Assembly: GCA_963706955.1 (NCBI GenBank)
Contig: CAVPOC010000008.1
Span: forward strand, 768,001 to 832,000
DNA: 64,000 bases
From: an uncultured Verrucomicrobiae bacterium
GTDB taxonomy: Bacteria > Verrucomicrobiota > Verrucomicrobiia > Chthoniobacterales > Terrimicrobiaceae
Direction: 5' to 3'
Shown here: one piece after another, positions 10,640-22,023 of the stretch
Layout of the letters: the number at the start of each line of letters is the position of its first letter
Position numbering within the stretch: position 1 is the stretch's first letter
Translations under genes and position numbers: made by a program
The notes under the pieces: generated by a model
Seen by the model: only the letters and a program-made list of their open reading frames with translations
Database searches by the model: none
What the model was told of the DNA's origin: nothing

Positions 10640-11461
10640 GTGCGGCTGGAGCGATTCCCAACGAGGTGGCTTGCAGGCGACCGTTGCCCAACTATTTCCA
10701 TCGTTACACCGACCTTTAATCAGGGCCATACATTAATCGAGACGATCCGAAGTGTTATAAGTCAGGATTATCCAGGTCTCGAGTACGCTGTTGTCGATGG
10801 CGGATCCAGCGATGAAACGAAAGACGTTTTAGCCAAGTTCAAGTCGAATTTGTCTTATTGCGTGAGTGAACCCGACCGCGGACAGGCCGATGCAATCGTC
10901 AAGGGATTCCGGCACTCGCAGGGAGAAATCATGGCCTATCTGAATTCTGACGATCTGCTCTTGCCCGGAGCTCTCTCGTTCGTCGGTCGCTACTTTGCAA
11001 CACATCCGAAGATCGATGTCATTTATGGACATCGCATCGTCGTCGATGAGAATGGCGCTGAAGTGGGACGTTGGATCCTGCCGCCGCATGATGCCAAGGC
11101 CATCCGCCATTTCGATTATATTCCTCAGGAGACATTATTCTGGAGACGCTCGATCTATGAGACAGTCGGAGGGTTAAATCCTGCCTTTCACTTCGCAATG
11201 GATTGGGATCTGTTGCTGCGCTTTATCGCTGCAAAAGCGAGATTTGCGAGAGTCCCTTACTTTCTGGCATGCTTCCGAGTTCATCAGAACCAAAAAACGC
11301 ATACGCTATTGAACAGCGTCGGCGAAAGGGAGCGGGTTCGTCTGTTGATGCGCGAACATCCCGAAGGATACGACGCCAAGTCAGTGCAAAAGATGCAGGA
11401 TTGGTATCGTCTGCATTCCAGCATATGCGCCGCTCTCCTTAGGGTCGGAATACGCTACTAA
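10640..11461 (+). CDS. GT2 glycosyltransferase (WcaE/WfgS-like)
   Basis: ISIVTPTFNQ, VVDGGSSD, SEPDRGQADAI, YLNSDD, PQETLFWRR, MDWDLLLR. Confidence 0.9.
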   Translation: MRLERFPTRWLAGDRCPTISIVTPTFNQGHTLIETIRSVISQDYPGLEYAVVDGGSSDETKDVLAKFKSNLSYCVSEPDRGQADAIVKGFRHSQGEIMAYLNSDDLLLPGALSFVGRYFATHPKIDVIYGHRIVVDENGAEVGRWILPPHDAKAIRHFDYIPQETLFWRRSIYETVGGLNPAFHFAMDWDLLLRFIAAKARFARVPYFLACFRVHQNQKTHTLLNSVGERERVRLLMREHPEGYDAKSVQKMQDWYRLHSSICAALLRVGIRY

Positions 11462-11569
11462 AGTCCGTTTTCGCCAACTCTTAGCATCCATTAAAATGGC
11501 TGCCGTTCATGGCTCCTCAGCAACGATTTTCTTAAGGGTCCACTTCGAGCACGACCTATCCGCGACTTC

Positions 11570-14010
11570 ATGGAAGTGATAGCTTTGCTTTCGGTTCTGA
11601 GCAGCAACCTTTGTGTTCTCGCGCTCGGTTGGGCCATTTATGCGGGAATGGGGTATCTCCTCTTTGCCAAATCCCTCAAGGCATGCCCGTTCTTGATTCG
11701 GCTAAATCTGTATCCTCTCTTGGGATGGGCATTTCTGGTGACATTCGCCTATTACCTGCGGGTTCTAGCATTGCCCTTTTCAATCTCTGGACCCTGGTGC
11801 TTTGGAGCGCTTGTTCTTGGCTTGATCATCTGGCGCGGACGTTTGTGCCGTCCGCGCTTGCGCCGGCCACTGCCGCGAGTGCTGCTGCTCCTCGCCGGGT
11901 TTATGGCCCTGAGTCTCGTTCCTCTATATCTCCGCCTGGCCATTCCAGACATGAGAGACGTAGGAACCTGGGGTTACGACCAGCGTAATTACGTTTTTAC
12001 GGCTGCGGGCCTGCTCGATGAAGGTTTGCTTCCACGCATGCCCAACTCGACGGGTCCATGGGCTTTCTTTGCTTCTTATTGGGAATATCTGAGCGATAGT
12101 CTCCGCCAGCTTGACCTCCCGCGAGTTTTCCAGACTCGACTGGTTCTATACGGAACTGCAGGAAAAATTTGAGTGGCTTCGATCCGCTTCTCGTGCTTTC
12201 GCCTTGTTCCCACGCCGCGCATTTTCCGCATTGGATGCCTTAATGGCGTCGGTGCTGCGCATCGATCCGCAGCAGGCTTATACGCTAAGCATTTGGATTC
12301 ACCATATCTGGTTGCTTCACATCGCCGTTATCTTCTCGCGTTTACTCCGTTTTCGGGCTCTCGGCTTAATCACCGTAAGTCTTGTGGTAGTTTACTGGCC
12401 GAACTCTCATCTGGCCATGGCGGCCGACAATCGCGATCAAGCCAATTGCCTCATCCTAATGTTTGTCTTGTTCATTTTTGGCAAGCTGCGCGGGATAAGA
12501 TTTTGGCCAACGGTGACGTGCCTCTGCGCAGTCCTAGTGGGGTATCCCGAACTCGCAATTCCTGCACTCGTGGCGTTTTACGCGCAGCGCTTATGATAGC
12601 GCGCTGAACTGGCGAGAATGGCTTCTCCGGAGCGGCAAGGAGTTGGGAACCTCGATTCTTTGTATTTTGCCTCTGCTCCCTCCCGCGCTGCTCGGACTTG
12701 TTTGTCAATGGGCTACCGGAAAGGACAACCGCGCTCTCGTTTTCCCTGTCCAATATGACACTCCGCTGGCCCGATTCGATTATCTTCCCGGTTGGAAACT
12801 ACTTTGGAATGACTCGCCGGTAATACGCTCCCTGTCGCTGGTGGTCGACATCGCGATCCTGCTCCTAGCGGCCTATGGACTCGTGATGCTATTTCGCAAA
12901 AAACAATTTGGAACCTTGGTCGGCTACGGAGCTGTGCTGGCCTGCGGTTACCACTTCCTTTTTCGGGAGGAGTATTATCCGGCTTATAAGATCGTGACGA
13001 TTCTTTGGCCTTTCTTCCTCTGGATTGTTTTTCTTCCACTCTCTCGCATCTTTTCCTCGCCTCCCCGCTGGAGTGTCCGAGCACGGCAATACAAATATGC
13101 CTTCGCTTTTTTGCTCATCCTATGTTCTCTGCCAGCGATCATTAGCCTGGCACAAATCCCTATCCCTGGTGCTTATCAGCTGGTCGGGGCCAACTACTTC
13201 CTTACTGAAGAGGTTTCTCGAGGGACTTTCCTCAAGCCACGAATTAGTGACCTCAATCGACTTGAGCAGATCTCTCGCGAAGTCTCGGCCAAGAAGGAGA
13301 ACGTCCTCGTAATTGCGGACATCCCGGCAGCGATTCCACATGACTTTGGCTTCGCCCAGCTGCTCTTGAGAAACGAATCGGTTTTCTTCCCAAAATCGTT
13401 TGGGACCGCAGACCGCATTTGGCGATACGCACCCTATCCAAACGCCCGCGCGGCCTCTCCGAATCAGCCAATCGATCGTGTTCTTTTCGTCAATGGCGCT
13501 CGCACGTTCAATTTTCATCTCGCGGAGAGGCATATCTTCGGCGGCACCTTTGATGAGACGGCCTTTCGGCGAATGAATTTTTCTGCCGATCTTGTCCTTC
13601 GAAATCGCGAGGAACTGGTTATCCTTTGCCGCTCGGACCCTGAAAGAACGATCAGTAGTAAAACTGATACGGGACGACAATCGTATCTGATTGAAAAGAA
13701 CGAGCTCGCCTTGGATATCTACCACATCAACGCTCCGGTCGACCAGGCGGCCCGCTTCTCTTTCTCGATCACTTCTCCGAACTCAATACCCCCCGGGACG
13801 GGGCTCGAAGTGCTGCTGGATGGCAAAGTGATTGAGTCCGCAAATGACCCCACGGCATGGACCCGAACGGTTTTGCTCACTCCGGAGGCGATGCATCAGC
13901 AACTTGTCATCAGGATCAAAGAGAAAGAGCCGGATGTCGCAACATCGACATGGCGCTTCGAGATTGGAGAGTTCGAAGGCGCGACGCTAAGCCGGAACAA
14001 TTGGTGGTGA
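11570..14010 (+). CDS. Large polytopic membrane protein, GT-C-like architecture (split into 3 ORFs)
   Basis: Hydrophobic segments run through 11570-12172, 12111-12596 and 12643-13200. There is an acidic GYDQ motif in the first large loop and a soluble C-terminal region. Confidence 0.55.
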
Positions 14011-14090
14011 TCCCGCGCAAAAGCGGAAGCGAGGGCTCGAGCAATTGCCACTTGCGTTGCCGATAAAGAGGACCGATATCCCTTCAAAAT

Positions 14091-14546
14091 ATGCCGTATC
14101 GCGTGTGCAAGACCATTGACGTCGAGAATGGTCATATGCTTTCCAAGCACCCCGGAAAGTGCCGCTATCCCCATGGCCACACTCGCAAAATTGAGTTGAT
14201 CCTTGAAGCTGCAGAATTGGATCAAAACGAGATGGTCTGTGACTTCAAGCTGATCGAGCAAATCATCGGTGACTATATCGAGACTCTCGACCATGCCATG
14301 TGCGTCAACACGGCTGATTCTGCTTATGGTGAACTGCGCGCACGTTATGGCGATCGAATCGTCTCGTTCGAGAACGAAGACCCGACTACCGAAGTGCTGG
14401 CGCGCGTGATCTTCCAAACATTCACCAAGAAGCTCGCTGACTATGCCGCCAGAAATGATCGGGATTATCTTCTCGGCAAGAATGTCAGGCTGGTCTCTGT
14501 CAAGGTCTGGGAAACGGCTTCCTGCTGGGCCGAGTACGCCGCTTAG
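14091..14546 (+). CDS. queD: 6-carboxytetrahydropterin synthase (PTPS-I/QueD type)
   Basis: GH..., CRYPHGH (CxxxHGH), DFK, LDHA, PTTEVLA, VWET. Confidence 0.88.
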   Translation: MPYRVCKTIDVENGHMLSKHPGKCRYPHGHTRKIELILEAAELDQNEMVCDFKLIEQIIGDYIETLDHAMCVNTADSAYGELRARYGDRIVSFENEDPTTEVLARVIFQTFTKKLADYAARNDRDYLLGKNVRLVSVKVWETASCWAEYAA

Positions 14547-14575
14547 CGAGAGAAGGTCACCATATTGGATTGCTA

Positions 14576-15388
14576 ATGAAGGACGCCCAAAGCGCCCGCG
14601 ACAGCCGCGGCATCGCCATCGATCAAGTGGGGATAACTAAACTTTGCTATCCCATCAGCGTGATGAATAAGGAAGGCCAATTGATCCCCACGGTGGCTAG
14701 CATCACCATGTCCGTGCGTCTTCCAAAGCATCTTCGAGGCACCCACATGAGTCGTTTTCTCGAGGTCCTGGTGAAGCATCGAGGGGAAATAACTCCGCAG
14801 AGTCTCACCGAAATCGTGCGCGACTTAAAAGAGCGGCAGAATGTCGAGAGTGCATGCTTCGAGGTGGCTTTTCCACACTTCATCGAGAAGACCGCGCCCG
14901 TGACCGGCGCTCGGGCGAAGGTGGCATGTCAAGGTAGCTTCGTGGCCTCCTCGAACGAAGCCGGCGAGACGTTGCGGACGCGGGTCGTCGTTCCCGTGAA
15001 GACGGTTTGTCCCTGCAGCAAAGAGATCAGCGACTATGGGGCCCATAATCAACGCGGACACGTCACGATCGAGGTCGATCTCAAAACGTCGGAGCGCGGT
15101 TGGGCATGGATCTGGATCGACGAACTTGTCGAAATTGCGGAGAAATCGGCCTCCGCACCAGTCTACGCCCTGCTCAAGCGCCCGGATGAGCGACATGTGA
15201 CCATGCAGGCCTATGACAACCCCGTCTTTGTCGAGGACTTGGTTCGTAACGCTTCGGTGCTCTTGAAGAAAGATCCGCGGATTACCAGCTTCACCGTGCA
15301 AGCAGTCAACCAGGAAAGCATCCACGCGCACGATGCTTTCGCACGGGTTAGTTGGAAACGAGAAAGGCGGCCGCGATCGAAGAAGTGA
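14576..15388 (+). CDS. folE2: GTP cyclohydrolase IB (FolE2)
   Basis: IDQVGI, RGTHMSRF, TVCPCSKEIS, GAHNQRG, NPVFVEDLVR, ESIHAHDA. Confidence 0.93.
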   Translation: MKDAQSARDSRGIAIDQVGITKLCYPISVMNKEGQLIPTVASITMSVRLPKHLRGTHMSRFLEVLVKHRGEITPQSLTEIVRDLKERQNVESACFEVAFPHFIEKTAPVTGARAKVACQGSFVASSNEAGETLRTRVVVPVKTVCPCSKEISDYGAHNQRGHVTIEVDLKTSERGWAWIWIDELVEIAEKSASAPVYALLKRPDERHVTMQAYDNPVFVEDLVRNASVLLKKDPRITSFTVQAVNQESIHAHDAFARVSWKRERRPRSKK

Positions 15389-15491
15389 TCGCGTTCTAAC
15401 CATCCGGCGCCAATGGGCCGAGCGGATCATTTGTCGATAAAGCCCCTGCTCCGTCAGAAGTGGACATCAGTTTTCAGACGGCCGCCATCGA

Positions 15492-16214
15492 ATGAGCGGA
15501 TCAGTTGTGCATCTGGTGGTCCCGGCGTACAACGAAGCGCGGCGGTTGCCAAATTACCTTCCACTACTCTCCGCAACTCTCGCAAAGACTCCTCACTCAT
15601 GGCGTATCACAGTCGTCGATGACGGCTCTCGCGAGTCCGAGTCGACTCAGATGCGGGAGTGTGTTCAACGCGCCGGTCCACGCATCGGTTTTCACCGCCT
15701 TCCCGTCAACCAGGGAAAGGGGGCGGCTATCTACTCAGGCTGGAATCTTGATGTCGAATCAGAATGGCTCGCCCTCCTCGATGCGGACGGCTCGATCCCG
15801 CCTTATGAAGTCGTCCGCGTGTTGGGTATTCTGAGCTCCGACGGGCCCGACGCTTTCTTCTGCTCGCGCTGCAAAATCCTTGGTCGGACCGTGCAGCGTT
15901 CCTGGATCCGGCACGTCGGAGGCCGTCTTTTCGCAACCTTCGTTTCCGCAGTTACCGGCATTCCGGTCTACGATTCACAATGCGGCTTCAAAGTTGTGCG
16001 ACGGAAATATTACGAAGCCATCAAGGGCCGGCTGCATGAGAAGCGATTCGCCTTCGATGTTGAGCTTCTCGTCGCACTGACCGAAGCCGGAGCGACGGTG
16101 ATTGAATACCCAATTGATTGGTTCGATGTGCCTGGAAGCAAGGTCCATTTCGTTCGCGACACAGTGCACATGCTCGCTAGCATCGTGCGCCTTCGTATCC
16201 GAGGCTGCCGATAG
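15492..16214 (+). CDS. GT2, dolichyl/polyprenyl-phosphate glycosyltransferase-like
   Basis: VVPAYNEARRL, VDDGS, NQGKGAA, LDADGS, DSQCGFK, FAFDVELL, GSKVH. Confidence 0.85.
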   Translation: MSGSVVHLVVPAYNEARRLPNYLPLLSATLAKTPHSWRITVVDDGSRESESTQMRECVQRAGPRIGFHRLPVNQGKGAAIYSGWNLDVESEWLALLDADGSIPPYEVVRVLGILSSDGPDAFFCSRCKILGRTVQRSWIRHVGGRLFATFVSAVTGIPVYDSQCGFKVVRRKYYEAIKGRLHEKRFAFDVELLVALTEAGATVIEYPIDWFDVPGSKVHFVRDTVHMLASIVRLRIRGCR

Positions 16215-16251
16215 CGTTGCGGAAATCATCGCCGGCAAATCATTAATAAAT

Positions 16252-16275
16252 TCGCAGGGAAATAATTTCCTGCGA
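16252..16275. promoter_or_regulatory. Inverted repeat in an AT-rich intergenic region (hairpin or operator)
   Basis: TCGCAGGGAAA-TAA-TTTCCTGCGA, upstream of the epimerase. Confidence 0.35.
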
Positions 16276-16331
16276 TTCCCCTCGTTGATAACTCTTTCGG
16301 CTCATAGGTTCGGCCGTTCATTTGCACACCG

Positions 16332-17331
16332 ATGAATGACGCAATACTCGTAACCGGAGCCGGCGGCTTCATTGGCGGACATCTGGTCGCCAAATTGCTG
16401 CAGGAAGGTCACCGCGTCCGTGCAGTCGATAAGAAGCCCCAGGGGCAGTGGTATCAGCGGTTCGCCGCGGCTGAAAACCTGACCATGAACCTTCAGGAGA
16501 AAGGCGCCTGTATTCGTGCGGTCAATGGTTGTGACTGGATCTACAACATGGCCGCGGACATGGGCGGAATGGGATTTATCGAGCTGAACAAGGGCCTTTG
16601 CATGCTCACCGTCTTGATTAACACGCACATGCTCATGGCCGCTCGTCAGTGCGGCGCGACGCGTTTCTTTTTTCCCTCCTCCGCATGTGTCTACGCCGGC
16701 TGCAAGCAGCAGCAAACCGACAACCCTGCCTTAAAGGAGGAGGACGCCTATCCGGCAGACCCGGAGGACGGCTATGGGTGGGAGAAACTCTTCAGCGAAA
16801 GAATGTGCCGGCATTTTCGGGAAGACTTTGGTCTCGAAACCCGCGTGGCTCGGTACCATAATGTCTATGGTCCGCACGGCACCTTTGATGGCGGGCGCGA
16901 GAAGGCGCCAGCAGCGATCTGTCGCAAAGTCATCGCCGCGAAACTCTCCGGTCATCATGAAATTGAGGTCTGGGGAGATGGCGAACAGACGCGCAGCTTC
17001 ATGTTCATTGACGACTGCCTTCATGGCACCCGCCTGCTCATGGAAAGCGACATCGCAGAGCCGATCAACATCGGCAGTGCTGAGATGGTCACGATCAATC
17101 AACTCGTCGATCTCGCCGAGGAACTGGCTGGCATCAAGCTCAAGCGCAACTACAAACTCGACGCTCCCAAAGGCGTCCGCGGCCGCAGCAGCGACAACAC
17201 CTTTATCAAGAAGTCAACTTGGATGGGAGCCCTCGACCCCTCTGCAAACCGGCCTTGAGAAGACTTACGCTTGGATCTTTGACCAAATGAAGAGTGGCCG
17301 ATCGAGCGCGCGAACCGTGAACCGTTTCTGA
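16332..17331 (+). CDS. GDP-mannose 3,5-epimerase-like SDR (frameshift near 17215)
   Basis: TGAGGFIG, AADMGGMGFI, SSACVY, YGWEKL, GGREKAPAAICRK, WGDGEQTRSF, GVRGRSSDN; the C-terminus LGWEP..GLEKTY is in another frame. Confidence 0.85.
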
Positions 17332-17345
17332 GACGGTCTCAGGTT

Positions 17346-18269
17346 GTGAAGATCTCCGTTGTCACGCCGAACTTTAATGGCGGCGAATTTGTTGGAGCGT
17401 GCCCTAAGGTCGGTCGTTTCTCAGGACTATCGAGATGTTGAACACATCGTCATGGACGGCGGGAGCACCGACGAGAGCCTGCAGATCATCGACCGATATC
17501 GTCAAAATCTCACGAACGTTGTCTCCGAGAAGGATAATGGTCAATACGACGCCATTAGCAAGGGCTTCGCGATGGCGACGGGCGATATCCTCTGTTGGCT
17601 GAACAGCGATGACATCTACTTTCCCTGGACGATGCGCGTCGTCGCGCGTCTCTTTGTCGATTTTCCGCAGATTGATTGGATCATGGGCGTGCGCTGCGAA
17701 CTGCGCAATGACGCCGTGCAAGGAATCTCAAATGTGACGCCGTTTCCACGCGACGTAATTCGCTCTGGAGCATTTCATCCGCGCGGGCTCGGCTGCATCA
17801 TGCAGGAAGGCTGCTTTTGGCGTCGAAGTCTCTACGAAAAGGTGGGCGGCATCTCTGTGAAATGGCCGGTCGCAGGCGATTACGAGCTCTGGATCAGGTT
17901 TGCCGAGCACGCCGATCTTGGTGGTAACAGCCGCGCTTCTCGGAGGGTTCAACTATACGGACAAGAATCGCTCGCTGCTCAATGGTCAGACCTGGCAAGA
18001 GAAGGAAGTCAGCGCAATCCGCAACCGAATTCCGGCTTCCCTTCGCAGCATGGGTGACCGACTGATGCGGCGAAAGAAATTCGCTCAGAAGCTTTCTCTT
18101 TCGGAAAACCCCGCCTCCGCAGGTATCTGCAGTCCTGGCTTTGCCTGACCATGCATCGCGGACTGGTGCTTGGCTACGATGCGTTTGGCGGACCGCTATG
18201 TGCTTCACCGGCCCCAGTTTTTGCTCGCATAGCAGAGCTGAGAGCAACTGGCCGATGAACGTGGATTGA
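17346..18269 (+). CDS. GT2 glycosyltransferase (frameshifted)
   Basis: GTG KISVVTPNFN, MDGGSTD, SEKDNGQYDAI, WLNSDD, QEGCFWRR, DYELW. Confidence 0.8.
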
Positions 18270-20096
18270 CGGGTCATCGTCAACTTCAATCATCGCCTTC
18301 GCTTGTTTTTCCTAATTTACCTCGCCTGCGGTCTTTACCTCTGGCTTTTAGGTGCGGCCGTTCTCGGGGAGTGGAAAACCGGCCGCTCGCTCTTTCGAGC
18401 GCCATGGCTTGGCTATGCAGTTTTGATAGCATGCTTGCAAATCGCCCACTTCTTCACCGCGATTAATCCACCGTTTTCCCGGACTTTCCTGGTTGCTTCT
18501 GTGCTCTGCGCCGGCGGAGTTGTCGCCCTGAAGTTCCTTAGAGATCCTTCGAAGGCGAAGCAGCTCCCGGCAATGCCGCCGCTCTTGTGGTTCGCGCTTC
18601 TCATTGCGGTGGCGTGGCTTGCCTTCCGGCCGGTCTTCAACATCGCGACGCAAAAAATCGTCCATTACGATGTAGGCTATTACTATCTGCAGACGATTGC
18701 GTGGACGACCGCCTTTCCCATAGTCCCTGGGCTTGGCAACCTTCTGCTTCATCTCGGCTTCAACCAATCAGCCTTTCTCGTCCCGGCATTTTTGGATTCC
18801 TTGGGGCCCGCATCTGTGGAGCTTATTCTCTCCTTGGCGGAGTCCTCCCCTGGCTGGGCCTGACCCTGTCTGTTTTCGCCCTGGTCCAGGGCTTGTGTGC
18901 GCTCTTTCTGTTGCGAAGACGGCTCGAACCGATCGAGAAAGCTTACGCAATCTCTCTGCCGGCCTGGATGTATACTCTGCTGATAAATAATATCTCAGGC
19001 AATTCGCCGGACATTGCCTTGGCTTGCCTCCAGATTCATATTTTCTTATGCTTCGCAAGCTTCTTAGCCGCGAGAGGAAGCCAGGCCGTCCGGCTCCAAT
19101 TGAGTGAACTAATAATCCTCAGTGCGCTTAGCGTTTGTGTAAAGCTCAATTCGGTCTTCTTCTCCGCCGCAATCGGATTGCTTTCAATCGGAGTCGCCTT
19201 GACTCGCATCGGTGCGCCTCGCCTTTTGCGCGGCAAGCAAGCGATTTATGCGACTCTGGCCGCGCTGGTTCTTTGCCTGCCATGGACGGCGCGCGGAATC
19301 ATTGTTTCCGGGTATCCCTTATTTCCGTCGACAGCCCTTGTCGCGCCGGTCGCATGGCGAGTCGGGGAGTCATGGCGGGTCCGAAGGCTGACGTCTCGAA
19401 TTTCTATGACATCACCGTCGATTGGGGAAGACAGCCCTATCCTGATCTCGCCAAAGGTTCGGAACAGCTTCGCCTGGGTGCCGGAATTTCTGCGGAGAAG
19501 CTGGGAGATGACAGATCAATTCGCATGGCCACTCAGCCTGGGCGGCTTGTGGACGCTTGCTCTTTCTGGCTCTTGCCTGGAAGAGCGCGAATTTCCGGCA
19601 AAAGCTTCCGCAGTTGCTCCTTCTCCTTTTGCCCTTGGTCTTCGCTTTGCTCATGTGGTTTTTGACCGCTCCTAATCCCAGATATCTCGGGTCGATCACT
19701 TGGCTTCTGCCGCTCGCTGCCTCGCTCGCCTTGATCTCAGACATTTCACTTTCAGCCTTCGCTTTCGTCGCGCTCGCTTTCTGCGTCAACTATTTTGCTC
19801 TCGGCACGTTGCGGTATAACACCGAATGGTCGTGGAAGAAACCGTCTCCTCGACTCCCGGAAATACCTAAGGTCGATATTCGGGAGGGCGACAATCCCTT
19901 TGGCGTACATCTTTTCTACCCAAGAAAGGGCGACCAAACCTTCGATGCCCCTCTCCCCAGCGCGAAGACCTTGCATCCCACACTGAAATATCTCGATGAG
20001 ACGCGAGGGCTTTCCGCGGGTTTTCGCGATGCAAGAATCGACGACGGGAGCGGCGAAAATGAGAATCGATCAAAGCGCTACCCTGTCGTCGAATAG
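18266..20096 (+). CDS. Polytopic membrane protein, array copy 1 (GT-C-like; resembles the LIC_10190 family as I recall it), frameshifted
   Basis: HYDVGYYYLQTIAW..FPIVPGLGNL..LGFNQS, GGVLPWLGL, NSPD, SGYPLFPS, TAPNPRYLG, FDAPLP. Confidence 0.75.
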
Positions 20097-20116
20097 CCGA
20101 AAGGTTCTTCGGCTTA

Positions 20117-21916
20117 TTGGATGGCACACTGCGCGCAAAGTGGTTTTCGGCTGATCTTCGCGTGGCGTTGTTCTTCCTAATTTACGTTGCCTGCGGCCTC
20201 TATCTATGGCTCTTGGGCATCGCAGTTTTTGGAGGTTGCGAGAACCGAAGATCACTTTTTCACGCACCGTGGCTTGGCTATGGAGTCTTGATTGGCTGTC
20301 TGCAGATTGTGCACTTGGTTTGGGCGCTAAGTCCACCGGTTGCCTGGGCGTTTCTCGTCCTCACTTGCCTTTGCGCCGCCGGCATCGTCATCATTCGGCC
20401 TCGCAAGGAAGCTCCGAAGGGCGTCGGCTCTCGCCAATTGTCAGTTCCGGTGCAGTTGACACTGCTTCTCGCGCCAGCAGTGGCTGCTTTCTTTCCAGCT
20501 TTTAACACCACTACCCAGGCGATCGTCCACTACGATCTTGGCTATTATTACCTCCAGACGATCCGTTGGGTAACGAGCTTCCCAATTGTGCCAGGCCTTG
20601 GAAATCTTCTCCTGAATCTGGCGTTCAATCAGTCTCCATTTCTCGTCGCCGCCCTGTTTGACTCCCTCGGTCCGCACCTCTGGGGTTACTCGTTGCTCGG
20701 AGGTGTCCTCCCATGGCTCGGGCTTACCTTGTCCGGCTTCGCTCTGCTCCAAGGCCTTTGCGCACTGCTGGAATTGCGGCGACCGCTCGAGCCAATTGAA
20801 AAGGCCTATTTGATTTCATTGCCCGCTTGGATCTACACCCTCCTTACGGTGAATATCTCCAGTAACTCGCCAGATATTGCCTCGGCATGTCTCCAGATCC
20901 ATCTCTACTTGTGTTTTGCAAGTTTCCTCGCTGAAACGGATGAGAGGACTCGCCTGAGCGCCTTCGGGACATTGCTCGTTCTGGCGGCACTCAGTCTGAG
21001 CATTAAGCTCAATTCCGTCTTTTTGGTGGCGACGATCGCGCACTTGCCTGGCGGTCGTGATCGTTCGTTCGGACCGGGGATCATCGCCCACAGACAATCC
21101 TGTTGGCGGTGCTTGCCGCTGCCGCCATCTTCTTCCCATGGGTCTTCCGGGGAATCGTCATGTCAGGTTATCCATTTTTCCCGTCGAGCACCCTTGGACG
21201 GTCCTTTCGCCTGGCGAATTCCCGATTCCGCCGTATCGCACTTTTACAACATCACTGTGTATTGGGCGCGACAGCCTTATTATGATCTCGAGAAGGTAAG
21301 GACAGGCTTCGCGTGGGTCCCCGAGTGGTTCCAACGAAATTGGCAATTGAAGGACCAATTCGAGAAGCCGCTCATTCTTTGCAGTGTCTGGACTCTGCTT
21401 CTCGCGCTGCTGGCATGGAAATGGAAGGATCTGAGAAAGAATGTGATTCGACTCAGCCTAATGATCTTGCCAGTATTAGTCAGTTTAGTGATGTGGTTTT
21501 TCACGGCTCCCGAGCCGCGCTACCTTGGCTCCATAACCTGGCTTTTGCCACTCGCGGTCCCGCTATGCCTGATTTCCAAAGCTTCGCCGCTTTCGCGCGC
21601 TTTCATAGGGGTAAGTCTATGTGTAAACTATGCCGCTCTGGGTAACCTGCGATACAATACGCAATGGGCATGGAAAAGACGCGCCTCTGGATTCCCGGAG
21701 ATTCGTCAGGTTGAGCTTAACGAGAGCATTAACCCGGCGGGCATTCACCTCTACTATCCCAAGGCCGGGGATCAGGTCTTTGACGCACCGCTCCCCGCCA
21801 CGCGGGAAAGCCGTCCTAAGCTTAGGCTTTTAGACGAGGCAAAAGGGATTTCCGGAGGCTTTCGCGATTCAAGAATCGATGACGGGGGACGCCAGATCGA
21901 AAAAGGTGAGCATTAA
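20117..21916 (+). CDS. Polytopic membrane protein, array copy 2
   Basis: Same motif series. Compensating frameshifts at about 21045-21200 (RGIVMSGYPFFPS lies in ORF 21103-21285). Confidence 0.8.
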   Translation: MDGTLRAKWFSADLRVALFFLIYVACGLYLWLLGIAVFGGCENRRSLFHAPWLGYGVLIGCLQIVHLVWALSPPVAWAFLVLTCLCAAGIVIIRPRKEAPKGVGSRQLSVPVQLTLLLAPAVAAFFPAFNTTTQAIVHYDLGYYYLQTIRWVTSFPIVPGLGNLLLNLAFNQSPFLVAALFDSLGPHLWGYSLLGGVLPWLGLTLSGFALLQGLCALLELRRPLEPIEKAYLISLPAWIYTLLTVNISSNSPDIASACLQIHLYLCFASFLAETDERTRLSAFGTLLVLAALSLSIKLNSVFLVATIAHLPGGRDRSFGPGIIAHRQSCWRCLPLPPSSSHGSSGESSCQVIHFSRRAPLDGPFAWRIPDSAVSHFYNITVYWARQPYYDLEKVRTGFAWVPEWFQRNWQLKDQFEKPLILCSVWTLLLALLAWKWKDLRKNVIRLSLMILPVLVSLVMWFFTAPEPRYLGSITWLLPLAVPLCLISKASPLSRAFIGVSLCVNYAALGNLRYNTQWAWKRRASGFPEIRQVELNESINPAGIHLYYPKAGDQVFDAPLPATRESRPKLRLLDEAKGISGGFRDSRIDDGGRQIEKGEH

Positions 21917-22023
21917 TCTCCTCTATTTTTGCCACGCGCCTGAGCTAAGCTTCGCAAGTTGAGCTGAGGGTCTATAATCGCTCTATCGTCACCAAATGAC
22001 ATCCGGTTGCGACGCCCGAGACA

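Noticed and set aside
14091..14546. BH4-type PTPS-II for classical biopterin glycoside synthesis
   Set aside because: The motif spacing is CxxxHGH (QueD type) and no sepiapterin reductase-like short SDR is adjacent.
14091..15388. 7-deazaguanine DNA-modification (dpd) island or complete queuosine operon
   Set aside because: No DpdA/TGT, QueE, QueC or QueF motifs recognised in the window.
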